Assembly: GCA_963674865.2 (NCBI GenBank)
Contig: CAXXYE010000004.1
Span: forward strand, 512,001 to 576,000
Direction: 5' to 3'
DNA: 64,000 nt
Source of the DNA: Candidatus Hydrogenedentota bacterium
GTDB lineage: Bacteria > Hydrogenedentota > Hydrogenedentia > Hydrogenedentales > SLHB01
Position 1 is the stretch's first letter. The number at the start of each line of letters is the position of its first letter. The notes under the pieces were generated by a model. That model ran no database searches, was not told the DNA's origin, and was given only the letters and a program-made list of their open reading frames with translations. Positions 38,523-47,732 of this stretch are shown piece after piece. The translations under genes and the position numbers were made by a program.

Positions 38523-39470
38523 TCAGCCTCTTGAAGTGTTGCCGTCGCTGCCGGCAATTTGGTCTCGGAAAACTCTCTGATAGGACGCCTTAAGTCCTAG
38601 CAGGGGCCCCTCACACTCGGCGCCAAGACATCCATGGACTATCTCTGTTGCATTGACGATGCACCTGCAAAAAGTCGCGACATATGGGAGAAGGCGCTCA
38701 GGCCTCATTGTCGCATACAGCTCAATCTCGAAATCCGATTCGTCTGATGAAATGTCTATGTGGCGTGATACCAAAGCACGGATGTTGTTGTGCGAGTCGC
38801 AGCAGAGAGAATTGTAGACAGAACGGTACAGTTGCTCCAAACCTGCTTGCTCGAACTTCTCCTTCTGTTGAAGAGGTCGAAAGTCCTTCTCTTTGAGTTC
38901 CGCTAACTCGGATTCCCATTGCGAGAGTATGGCATCCCGACCGGGAGCATCCGAAAGGCCTTTGAGGTACGGATTCTCAGGGTCATCCGCCGCACGATGT
39001 ACTCTGATCCATTCCTGTAACTCAGCAGCGCGCATATGATAGCCATATTCCCGTTGTTTGCTGAGATTGCTGAAATCTGCATACGCTTCAAGGCTTGATC
39101 GGAGAAGGATAGGAACGCCTACGTGAACACCGGCACGAATCAGGATGCAGGCAGAGCCCAACAACTCCAGCATCGTGGAGTACAACATTACCAAAGCTCG
39201 GTGCCACGCGTGCCCCTTGTCAAAGTGCAGAGCCTCGGCCATGTCAGCCACAACCTCATGAACGTAGCACATGAACTCGTAGGCACCTCGCAGGGATTCG
39301 TCCACTTGCCCGCCAGGAATACCCCCTTCGGGAAGGGCGGCGGCATGCCGTTGCATCGGACATGCGGAGATCAACTCCCCTAGTATCTCTTCGTAGGAGG
39401 CGTCTTCCGACTGAGCCTCAACGACGCGTACCATCCGTTCCTTCGTGCCTTCGTTCATTCCCGCATCCAT
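38523..39470 (-). CDS. DUF5677-like helical protein (HEPN-like); true start may be downstream
   Basis: ILLRSSLEAYAD and LYRSVYNSLCCDSHNN motifs. Confidence 0.6.
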   Translation of the reverse strand: MDAGMNEGTKERMVRVVEAQSEDASYEEILGELISACPMQRHAAALPEGGIPGGQVDESLRGAYEFMCYVHEVVADMAEALHFDKGHAWHRALVMLYSTMLELLGSACILIRAGVHVGVPILLRSSLEAYADFSNLSKQREYGYHMRAAELQEWIRVHRAADDPENPYLKGLSDAPGRDAILSQWESELAELKEKDFRPLQQKEKFEQAGLEQLYRSVYNSLCCDSHNNIRALVSRHIDISSDESDFEIELYATMRPERLLPYVATFCRCIVNATEIVHGCLGAECEGPLLGLKASYQRVFRDQIAGSDGNTSRG

Positions 39471-39505
39471 TTTCCAAGCTCACACTTCCGTCGCCGTACC
39501 GGTTC

Positions 39506-39534
39506 CATATATCACGCTGGCTCCAGCCTGTCAA
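39506..39534 (-). promoter_or_regulatory. Possible sigma70 promoter
   Basis: Minus strand TTGACA-N17-TATATG. Confidence 0.4.
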
Positions 39535-39548
39535 CTACTCTTTGCCGC

Positions 39549-40316
39549 CTATCCTGCGCCCTTCTCAAAGAACTCCACCACCCTTTCCCGCACCTCTTCG
39601 ATAGTCCACAAGCCGTCGGCCTGGCCCCGTTCCAGGAACGCACGGCAACGCGTGAGACTTGCGTCGTCCACGCCGTCGTCGGGCGACTTGCGCAGGCCAT
39701 GCCTCGCATCGTAGACGCACGCATGCGCCGATGCACCGTCGGAAGCGTACACCTCATCGATGCGCCGCCGCCTTCGTGCGAATCCGCCGCCCACGCGCAG
39801 GAATACCAAGAGGTGAAAGGCATTGAAATGCGCCTCGGACACGCCGTTCTCGACGCATACTTGCTCCCGGGCCTCATCGAGGTCATCCGCGTGTAGGTTT
39901 GTCGCCAACATGTGCCCCTGTTGCCTCAACGAGCAGTAGGCGCGCAAGTCCTCGCCCCAGAGGTACGAGAAATACCGCCCCGCCCCGATCTCGTGGCAGA
40001 CGAAGCAGCGTGGGGGAGACTCGGCGGCCCTGGCGGCCGCGCTCACCACCGGCCCCGTGGCCGCCACCAGCGGCCGCTGCGGCGGAGCGAGGTTGAGTAG
40101 CGCACACATCACCGTGGTTTTGCCGGCGCCGCCCGGATTCGCGCCCACCATCAGTGAATCCCCCCGTGTGATCCGCGCCATAAGGTATGCGGCGAGATCG
40201 ATGTCAAGCGTTCCCGCATCGAGCAGATCGAACACCGACAACATGCGCCCGCCGCGCTGATTGCAGCGGTTCAATTCGGCGCAATGCCGCCTGATAGCCT
40301 CCTTGTGCATCGTCAC
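39549..40316 (-). CDS. Small P-loop ATPase (CpaF/VirB11-like core)
   Basis: GANPGGAGKTT Walker A, CHEIG, LATNLHA. Confidence 0.7.
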   Translation of the reverse strand: MTMHKEAIRRHCAELNRCNQRGGRMLSVFDLLDAGTLDIDLAAYLMARITRGDSLMVGANPGGAGKTTVMCALLNLAPPQRPLVAATGPVVSAAARAAESPPRCFVCHEIGAGRYFSYLWGEDLRAYCSLRQQGHMLATNLHADDLDEAREQVCVENGVSEAHFNAFHLLVFLRVGGGFARRRRRIDEVYASDGASAHACVYDARHGLRKSPDDGVDDASLTRCRAFLERGQADGLWTIEEVRERVVEFFEKGAG

Positions 40317-40336
40317 TCCTACTTGCGCCTACGAAT

Positions 40337-40404
40337 GGGAGGGTCACGCTCCTGCGTGACCGTGTACACGCGCGGGATCACGCTGCTACGTGCTCCCCCT
40401 TCCC
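40337..40404. repeat. REP-like palindrome (GGGAGGGTC family)
   Basis: GGGAGGGTCACGCTCCTGCGTGACC...CTTCCC; related copy at 52326-52377. Confidence 0.6.
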
Positions 40405-40407
40405 TCG

Positions 40408-41814
40408 CTATTCCGTGAAGACCTCACGCAAGACCTCGACCGCGTTGTCGACAACCATATCCAGCGCCTCGGGAACCAGTTTCGACCAGTAGCGCGTAGT
40501 CGCTTCATGACCGCCGCGCGCGAAGGCTTCGCGCGTGGGAAGATAACCGGCATAGTGGCTTGTGCAATGGGCCACATACGTCGGCCACGCGGGCGACTCC
40601 ATCTTGAGCCGGAGTTGCCCTTCCACAAACGGCTCGCCCGGCAATCCCACAATCGCCGCCCGGCCCAGCCGCAACACCTGAATCTCGTAATCCAGCTCCG
40701 GTGTCCTCCGCCGCAGCAAGTCCACGCTCATCACCGAAGCCGCCTCCATCCACGCGGGCTCGATCTGCGTGGGATCTTTCTTCGACCAGAATGGCTCTGG
40801 ATGCTCCGACAACATCTGCTTCGCGCGCTCGAGTAATTCCGGCTCCACCTCACGGACGGGGACCTTTACGCACCGTATTTTCCAGTCCAAACGAGTATCC
40901 TCTTCGACGGAAAGCGTATCGAGGACTTTGCGCGACGTCGCGGCAAGCATCCGCCCCATGCGCACGTGATCCGGCGCGTAATCCGGATCGAATGGATCCC
41001 ACGGATTGATATTGCCGCAGCACCCATTCACCACCAGCGGAACGCACCCCTCGCCAAACGCGTGCCGCATCTCCTCCGCCCAAGCGCCCGGCCAATCGGC
41101 CGACACATTCGGCTTCGGAAACACGTTGACGGGATGGCACGTGTAGTGCAAGAGGAACGCCAGCGGCTCGAGCGCGGCCGTTTGCAAGCTGATCACGCCG
41201 ACTTCCGGATCAATGGGCCCCTCCATGTAACGTATACCGGTTGGCCCAAGCGGCGGCTGCCATTTTGGGCCGGGCATATACACCTTCCCGTCGTTCTTGA
41301 CGGCGCGCCGGTTACACGCCAGACGCCCCTCAACGCCGCTGCCCATCCGTATTCGGGCAGGCGCCAGCGACGCCTCGGCAAGCTCCATGGCCTCGAGGAT
41401 CCGGTTCAAGGCGAACTCGCCGTACTCGGCCTGGCTGCCGAGGAGCCATTCCATGTCCTCGGGAATACCGGTGAAGTCCTCGTCCACCATGAAATAGCCC
41501 AGCGAAGGAGCGGAATGCGTCTGCGTGACGTGTACCATCACCGCGTCCGGCTCAAATCCGAACCGCGCCGACGCCGCCTCGCGAATCCGGGCAGTCCATT
41601 CCTCCGTGAGGATCGTCAAATCGAGCGCCACCAGACAAAACTTGCGCCCGTCCTGCTCCAACACCAGCGCCTTGGCATAGAGCCGATCGTAGGCAAACTG
41701 CGCCGGGCGGAATTGCCCAACCGCGCCCGAAAGATGAATGCCTCCGTGCGGCGTGATATCCGCTTGCGCCGCCCCAGCCCTCAGCACACCAATCGCCTCA
41801 GCACGTGATCCCAT
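40408..41814 (-). CDS. Neutral/alkaline ceramidase-family hydrolase
   Basis: GAAQADITP, VTQTHSAP, YTCHP, SADWPG, GCCGNINP, GLPGEPF. Confidence 0.8.
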   Translation of the reverse strand: MGSRAEAIGVLRAGAAQADITPHGGIHLSGAVGQFRPAQFAYDRLYAKALVLEQDGRKFCLVALDLTILTEEWTARIREAASARFGFEPDAVMVHVTQTHSAPSLGYFMVDEDFTGIPEDMEWLLGSQAEYGEFALNRILEAMELAEASLAPARIRMGSGVEGRLACNRRAVKNDGKVYMPGPKWQPPLGPTGIRYMEGPIDPEVGVISLQTAALEPLAFLLHYTCHPVNVFPKPNVSADWPGAWAEEMRHAFGEGCVPLVVNGCCGNINPWDPFDPDYAPDHVRMGRMLAATSRKVLDTLSVEEDTRLDWKIRCVKVPVREVEPELLERAKQMLSEHPEPFWSKKDPTQIEPAWMEAASVMSVDLLRRRTPELDYEIQVLRLGRAAIVGLPGEPFVEGQLRLKMESPAWPTYVAHCTSHYAGYLPTREAFARGGHEATTRYWSKLVPEALDMVVDNAVEVLREVFTE

Positions 41815-41896
41815 AGCCGATTCTCCTTGATTGACTCTAGATGGGGAATTGTAAACGATCGCCTTTGCGAATAGACAGGCCCCGGCCCCAGTGCGA

Positions 41897-42015
41897 CTAG
41901 CCTTCTGACTCATAATTGACGTCACTTATCCACAGAGGTAGAAGCGAAAGACGGGGACTGACACAAGCGAAGTCCGCCGTAGGCGGACGAAGACGTGTCT
42001 GTCCCTGCTTTTCGC
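41897..42015. repeat. Truncated copy of the CTAG-bounded MITE-like element
   Basis: Near-identical to parts of 52458-52589 (TTCTGACTCATAATTGAC; GGGGACTGACACAAGCGAAGTCCGCC.TAGGCGGACGAAGACGTGTCTGTCCCTGCTTTTCGC). Confidence 0.8.
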
Positions 42016-42125
42016 AACCTCAAAGGTCCACACTTGCACCGCGCGGCCTCGTGTGTTCTTATGGGGACACGCCCAGACCCTGGGCGCTACACTGAAGACT
42101 CTCGGCCATTCGCAGGAGAACCTAC

Positions 42126-43172
42126 ATGCCCACGGAAGACAAGACCATCCGGTTCAACATCGCCTATCACCCAACGCCCTATCCGGACGCCATGCGCCGG
42201 GACCTCGAAGATATTGCCGAGGTATGCGACGGCATCTACCTGCCCTTTGCCGAGTCCGACCTCGAATACCGCTCGAACATGGTGAAGCGCTGCATCGACA
42301 TCGCCCACGAGATGAACCTCATCGTCGTCGCGGACTTCTGGGGATATGGCAACCTCTTCGCCTGCGGCGGCATCCCGAGCCAATTCGCCTGTAAACACCA
42401 GGAGCTAGGCTGCGTGAGCAGCCTTGGCCGCACCGTACTCAAGAGCTGCCCGAACAAACCCGCCGTCCGCGCCTTCATGAAGGAAACCATCGAGCAGTTT
42501 CTCGACAAGTACGGCGCCGACGGTGTGTTCTGGGATGAGCCTGGCTGGGGCATCCCCCGCCATGCCGGCGCCCTCGAGGAGGGGGAGTGGCTCTGCCGGT
42601 GTCCCGACTGCCTGGCCCGCTTCGAGGAGCGCTTCGGCCATGAGATGCCCATGGACCTTACCGAGGAGATCAAGACCTTTCGCAACGAGACGACGCTCAG
42701 CTTCCTCAGCGATCTCTGCGCCTTCACCAAGGCATGCGGCGACCACCTCATCACCTCCACCTGCGTGATGCCCATCAACGACGACGCCTTCAAACAGGCC
42801 GTCGGCCAGGCCGCCGACCTCGACATTCTCGGCATCGACCCCTACTGGAGTCCCGCCGAGGACCTGGCGCAGGAGCCCTTCATTGCCCAACACGCCGGAT
42901 TCGCAGGCGAAATCGCCCGCGAGAACGGCAAACTTCTCGAAGTGTGGCTCAAGGCCTACGACCAACACGCCGGCCGCGAGAAAGACGCCTACCGAGCCGC
43001 CAAGTTCGCCGCGCTCAACGACGCCGACTGCATCAGCGCGTGGTCCTACCGCGACTGCATATCCTTCGTCCAGTGCGACCAGCCGAACCAGGCCGACGCC
43101 GACCTCGTCTGGAAAAACCTTCGCCGCGCCTACCACGAGATCCGTGAGGGAGACTTCGAACTCAACGTGTAA
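42126..43172 (+). CDS. Hypothetical protein, probable glycoside hydrolase-like TIM barrel
   Basis: SCPNKP, ADGVFWDEP, CRCPDC..RF motifs. Confidence 0.6.
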   Translation: MPTEDKTIRFNIAYHPTPYPDAMRRDLEDIAEVCDGIYLPFAESDLEYRSNMVKRCIDIAHEMNLIVVADFWGYGNLFACGGIPSQFACKHQELGCVSSLGRTVLKSCPNKPAVRAFMKETIEQFLDKYGADGVFWDEPGWGIPRHAGALEEGEWLCRCPDCLARFEERFGHEMPMDLTEEIKTFRNETTLSFLSDLCAFTKACGDHLITSTCVMPINDDAFKQAVGQAADLDILGIDPYWSPAEDLAQEPFIAQHAGFAGEIARENGKLLEVWLKAYDQHAGREKDAYRAAKFAALNDADCISAWSYRDCISFVQCDQPNQADADLVWKNLRRAYHEIREGDFELNV

Positions 43173-43204
43173 CGTGGTGATTCCTGATTAAAGGGCCAAG
43201 ACAA

Positions 43205-43703
43205 TTGACAGGATAACAGGATGGACGTGACCTCCAGCGCCCCTTTCATTCCCGAGGAAGATCCTTGACCTTCCGCTTGACCTCCACCCGCTCTTCCCCG
43301 AAGTTGAGGAGCAGTCCCACCGGCTTTCCTGTGGCTACAAGGTAATTAACCAGTTGCACCTCGTGGGACACAACGATTCGACGAACGGCCTTGAGTTCAA
43401 GAATGATGGTGTCCTCCACCACAACGTCAGCCACGAACTCGCCGACCACCTCGCCGTCGTAGCTTACAGTAAGCGACTTCTGGGATTCGGCCCGAAGGCC
43501 GAGCTTTCGTAGTTCGATCATCAGACATTTCTCGTGCACTGACTCCAGGAATCCAAATCCCATGGTGTTGTAGACGCGATAGGCGCATCCGATGATCTGT
43601 TCCGTCAGTTCCTTGTATTCCATGAATGCCCTGGCCCCCGATCCATACCTTCTGCGACGTTACTCACAGGCCATATGTCTTCTTCATCCTGTTATCCTGT
43701 CAA
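43205..43703. mobile_element. Putative unit: GxxExxY nuclease gene bounded by perfect 19-bp inverted repeats
   Basis: TTGACAGGATAACAGGATG (43205-43223) is the exact reverse complement of CATCCTGTTATCCTGTCAA (43685-43703); mobility itself is inferred. Confidence 0.6.
43246..43623 (-). CDS. GxxExxY protein (PD-(D/E)xK nuclease superfamily)
   Basis: LTEQIIGCAYRVYNTMGFGFLESVHEKCL, FVADVVVEDTIILELKAV, QLVNYL, GLLLNFG. Confidence 0.92.
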   Translation of the reverse strand: MEYKELTEQIIGCAYRVYNTMGFGFLESVHEKCLMIELRKLGLRAESQKSLTVSYDGEVVGEFVADVVVEDTIILELKAVRRIVVSHEVQLVNYLVATGKPVGLLLNFGEERVEVKRKVKDLPRE

Positions 43704-43727
43704 AGAACATCTTTCGGCGTCCCCGCG

Positions 43728-44591
43728 TTACCCTTTCACCGCGCCGAGCTGAATCCCGCGGACAAGATGCTTCTGCATGACGATGAACAGGACGATCAAC
43801 GGCACGATATTCATCACCGACGCTGCCATGATGAGATTCGTCTGCTTGCCGTAAACGGTGTCAAAGTACATCATGCCGATGGGCAGCGTGCGCAGATGCT
43901 CACTCTTGATCAGCACCAGCGGCCAGAAGAACGCGCTGTAATTCCCCATGAACGTGAAGATGGCAAGCACGATCAATCCCGGGCGCGCCAGCGGAAGAAT
44001 CACGTCCCAATACACCTGCCAATGCGAGGCCCCATCGATCAGCGCCGCCTCGTCAAGCGACGGCGGGATAGTCAGCATGAACTGCCTGAGCAGGAACGTC
44101 CCAAACGCCGTGAAGGCAGCCGGCACGATCAATCCCACGTACGAATCGAGCAAGTGCAGCTTCACCATCAGCGTGTAATTTGGAATCATCGTGACAACGC
44201 CCGGGATCATCATCGTCGCCAGATATAGCTTGAACACGTGATCCCGGCCCGGCCAGCGGATACGCGCAAACGCATAACCCGCCATAGAGCTTGTTAGACA
44301 CACCAGCAGCGTCACCCAGCCTGCCACGAAAACACTGTTGAAATAATACCTCTTGAATGAAATGTCCTTTGAATTCAGCACATCCGTGTAGTTTTCCGCG
44401 TGCCATTGCGAGGGAAGGGGATTGAGCCGCTGCACCTCATTGAGCGGCTTGAAGCTCGTCAGCACCATCCAAGAAAAGGGCATCAGCGTGGTAATCGCGA
44501 CGCAGACAAGCAGCGCGTGCGACGCACCGAACCGGCCGCGCCGAAACCACCACTTCCCAAAACCGCCGCCTTGCTCCCTAATAGCTGACAT
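43728..44591 (-). CDS. Carbohydrate ABC transporter permease
   Basis: IPPSLDEAALIDGAS (EAA loop); several TM segments. Confidence 0.92.
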   Translation of the reverse strand: MSAIREQGGGFGKWWFRRGRFGASHALLVCVAITTLMPFSWMVLTSFKPLNEVQRLNPLPSQWHAENYTDVLNSKDISFKRYYFNSVFVAGWVTLLVCLTSSMAGYAFARIRWPGRDHVFKLYLATMMIPGVVTMIPNYTLMVKLHLLDSYVGLIVPAAFTAFGTFLLRQFMLTIPPSLDEAALIDGASHWQVYWDVILPLARPGLIVLAIFTFMGNYSAFFWPLVLIKSEHLRTLPIGMMYFDTVYGKQTNLIMAASVMNIVPLIVLFIVMQKHLVRGIQLGAVKG

Positions 44592-45537
44592 AACGGCTCC
44601 CAAACCGCCAATTCACAAGCGTCACCGCGAAAATCAGCGTGAAGAGTATCCATGCCACCGAAGACGCATATCCAATCTGAAACTCCTCGAAGGCCTTAGT
44701 GTAGATGTAATAGGCCAACGTCGTCGTCGTGCCTGCCGGCCCGCCCTGCGTCATCACCCGCGCCTGCTCGAATCCGCCTTGTAGGCCCCCTATGAAGCTC
44801 ATGATCACGATGAAGAACGTCGTCGGCGCCAACTGCGGCCACGTGACATGGCGGAACTTTGCCCAATGGCCTGCCCCGTCGATCTCCGCCGCCTCGTACA
44901 GGTCCCTCGGGATGTTCGAGATCCCCGCGAGATAGAGCAGCATGTTCCCGCCGCCGATGGCCGTCCAGATGCCCATGATGATGAGCGCGTCCCGCGCGCC
45001 CAGCCCGAACTGGCGTGAGACAATCTCCACCCGCTCCACGGCCAACGCCAGCACGTTCTTCGTCGAGGCCAACCAATCCGGCGGCTCCAATTGCACCAGG
45101 CCCACCCCGTCGAAAACCCACTCCAGCAGAAGATTAATCGGCCCGAACGTCGGATTGTACAGCGCCTTCCAGAGGATGAGCAGCGCCACCCCCGCCGTGA
45201 AGCTCGGTAGGTAGAAGAGTGTGCGATACACCACCATTCCCCGCAGCCGCTGACTGATGAGAACCGCCAGAAAGAGCGACCCGGCTATGGCAATCGGCAT
45301 CCCGAGCATCAGATAAGCCGTGTTGATGAAATAGAGCCAGAACTCCGGCTCCGTGATGAGCTTGACGTAGTTATCGAACCAAACGCAGCGGAGCGGCACC
45401 GTCTTCATCAGGTTCCAGTTCGTGAACGACGCGGCCAGCGAAAACACCACCGGCCCCACCGTGAACGTCAAGAAACCTAGGAAATTGGGAAGCAAGAAGC
45501 ACAGCGCCACAACCGTCCTGCGCGTCTGCCGCGTCAT
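44578..45537 (-). CDS. Carbohydrate ABC transporter permease
   Basis: IPRDLYEAAEIDGAG, TQGGPAG. Confidence 0.92.
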   Translation of the reverse strand: MTRQTRRTVVALCFLLPNFLGFLTFTVGPVVFSLAASFTNWNLMKTVPLRCVWFDNYVKLITEPEFWLYFINTAYLMLGMPIAIAGSLFLAVLISQRLRGMVVYRTLFYLPSFTAGVALLILWKALYNPTFGPINLLLEWVFDGVGLVQLEPPDWLASTKNVLALAVERVEIVSRQFGLGARDALIIMGIWTAIGGGNMLLYLAGISNIPRDLYEAAEIDGAGHWAKFRHVTWPQLAPTTFFIVIMSFIGGLQGGFEQARVMTQGGPAGTTTTLAYYIYTKAFEEFQIGYASSVAWILFTLIFAVTLVNWRFGSRYVSY

Positions 45538-46919
45538 GGCGCCCCCTCCTCGTCATCCCACGCGGGCCGCGCACCCGCCGCGACGGCGCGCTCATACTCA
45601 TCCCGCAACACGGGATCGATCCTGAGCGTCTCGACGATGGCCTTGTTGATCTTCTCCGCGGCGTCACGCATAGCCTCTGCGGCCGGCTTGAGATTCGCCT
45701 TCACGAGGTCGAGCTGCACGAGCATGATGCGCTCCACCGTTTGCCCGTTCACGTAGGAGCTGACCTGCAGCGGCACACTGTCTTCGAGAGCCGTTCGCCA
45801 CTCCGCGTTGCAATCCTCCTCCGGGTGCTCGGGATTGTGCAGAAACGCGTCCTCGTACTCGCCGTAGTGATACTTCATCACCGGCCCCAATGCATCCGCC
45901 TGCCGGTTGACAAGCTGCGACCATTCCTTGCTGTGCAGATACTCCATGAAGGTGAGCGCCCCTTCGATGTGCTGGCCCGTCGCGTTCACCAGCGTGGCAC
46001 GGCCCCCCCCGAACTGCCTTCGGCTCGGCCCGTGCGGCAACGGGACCGCGCCCAAGCGCATATGGGCGTAATCCTCATCACGCAATAGGCACAGCCACCA
46101 ACGCCCCCCAAGGGCCATGGCCCCCTTCTCGGCGCCGAACAGACCCAAAACGCCCGTGCCCCACCCGCCGGCGCTCGACATCGCCATCTCCTCCGTCGGC
46201 GTCGGCATCACCTCATACCGGTAGATGAGGTCCTGCATGAACTGGATGGCGGCGACCGCCTCCGGCGAATCGAGCACGCACCGCGTGCCCTCGGGCGTGT
46301 AGTAATCCGCGCCCCATTGCGCCAGCGCCGCGTTGTAGTCCCAGTAGCCGATGAAGCCGAATTGTACCGGGCGGCCGCGCTCATCACGCACCGTCAGACG
46401 CTGCGCAACCTCGATGAACTCGTCCCACGTCCAGTCCCCCGAAGGATACGGTTCCCCGGCCTCGTCGAAGAGCACCTTGTTGTACCAGATGTCGTAGGCG
46501 TTGGCGTTGTCCGGATGGCCGTAGGCGCGGCCCTCGTAGACGAAAAGCGGCTTCAGGCAAGGCCAGACCGCATCAATATCGATTCCCCGCTCCGCTAGGG
46601 CCTCCGTACAGTCCATGGCGATCCCCGAACGCACATACGCCACAAGTTGCGAGCCCGTGTAGCAATCGAACAGATCCGGCCCGACGCCCGCCAGGCTCTG
46701 CACGATCACCTTCTGCATCCCCGAGTTCTGAGGGTCGATACGCAGCCGGTAGCGAGGATAGAGTTCGTTGAAAAGTGCGATTTGCCCCCGCCGAACCGGA
46801 TTGTCGTCCGTACACCAAACCAGCTCGATCCGATCGTCCGTCTGTCTGGGATGCCACAGCCCCGCCACCACGGACAGCGCCGCCAGTACCGCGAATGACC
46901 CCAGAAAAACGTATTTCAT
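45534..46919 (-). CDS. Sugar ABC transporter substrate-binding protein
   Basis: N-terminal anchor, GPDLF, WYNKVLFDEAG, WTWDEF; upstream of two permeases. Confidence 0.88.
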   Translation of the reverse strand: MKYVFLGSFAVLAALSVVAGLWHPRQTDDRIELVWCTDDNPVRRGQIALFNELYPRYRLRIDPQNSGMQKVIVQSLAGVGPDLFDCYTGSQLVAYVRSGIAMDCTEALAERGIDIDAVWPCLKPLFVYEGRAYGHPDNANAYDIWYNKVLFDEAGEPYPSGDWTWDEFIEVAQRLTVRDERGRPVQFGFIGYWDYNAALAQWGADYYTPEGTRCVLDSPEAVAAIQFMQDLIYRYEVMPTPTEEMAMSSAGGWGTGVLGLFGAEKGAMALGGRWWLCLLRDEDYAHMRLGAVPLPHGPSRRQFGGGRATLVNATGQHIEGALTFMEYLHSKEWSQLVNRQADALGPVMKYHYGEYEDAFLHNPEHPEEDCNAEWRTALEDSVPLQVSSYVNGQTVERIMLVQLDLVKANLKPAAEAMRDAAEKINKAIVETLRIDPVLRDEYERAVAAGARPAWDDEEGAP

Positions 46920-47086
46920 CGCGACTCCCATCGTCCCCGCGACGGTGCCGCAGTCTAACCGGAACTCCGCCGCCCTGTCCAACAGCACGACAGATCAGGG
47001 GACGCCATCCAAGCGCCGCCTCCGAAGCGACTAGCGTCCCCCTGATGTCCAGACGCACGCAGATTCACACCGGCAGAAAACTCCCA

Positions 47087-47375
47087 TTTTCGCGGTTCTT
47101 TGTGTCCTTCGCGGCCAACACGAACATGTGACTCGAGAGTTCTCCCCGAGGCCACACACTCTGGCGTGATACGGTTTCCCGTTTCCTTGGCGCCTTGGCG
47201 CCTTGGCGTGAGGAAATCCCCGCGCTGCAACTCACGCAAAGCCGCCAAGAACGCAAAGGAGCGGCGAGGAGAGACAATTGTAAGACAGGGACGGAGGAAA
47301 GATTATTCTGGACAGGATGAACAAGATGGACAGGAAGGGCTCTCGAAATCCTGCGTATCTTGTCAATCCTGTCCA
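47087..47375. repeat. Mosaic of short-period repeat families, including an empty GACAGGAT inverted pair
   Basis: 47087-47116 matches the reverse complement of 51050-51079 at 27/30; (CCTTGGCG)x3 at 47185-47208; 47231-47258 is the exact reverse complement of 51198-51225; IR pair 47309-47335 / 47347-47375. Confidence 0.85.
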
Positions 47376-47457
47376 TTCCTGCCGCTTCGCGGCGATGCAG
47401 GCTACTCCAGTGACTCATCTTGCCTTGGTGGTGAAGACGTCCTGCGCCCGCAGGCCA

Positions 47458-47618
47458 CGCATACCAGCCCGGCGCAACGGCACAGCCACCCCGGCCACAC
47501 CTCCGGGCCCCGCCTCATGCGCAAAGGCCATATCCCGGCCCTGCAAGGGCCGCGCATACCAGCCCGGCGCAACGCGCCGGGACCTTGTCCCAACACCATA
47601 TACAAGCCCTGAAGGGGC
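47458..47618. repeat. REP-like elements of the GCCCTGAAGGGGC type
   Basis: CGCATACCAGCCCGGCGCAACG at 47458 and 47553; GCCCTGCAAGGGC at 47538 and GCCCTGAAGGGGC at 47606. Confidence 0.65.
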
Positions 47619-47689
47619 GCGACAATATCCCTCACCACATGACGGCCAGAAAACGCCCCAAGAACTAGTCCGCCCTCACGCCATCCGAG

Positions 47690-47718
47690 TTGACTTGCAA
47701 CCGCCCGTCTGCTACGAT
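47690..47718 (+). promoter_or_regulatory. Sigma70 promoter of tRNA-Ala
   Basis: TTGACT-N17-TACGAT ending 14 nt upstream of the tRNA. Confidence 0.65.
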
Positions 47719-47732
47719 CCGCCTTCGCACAT

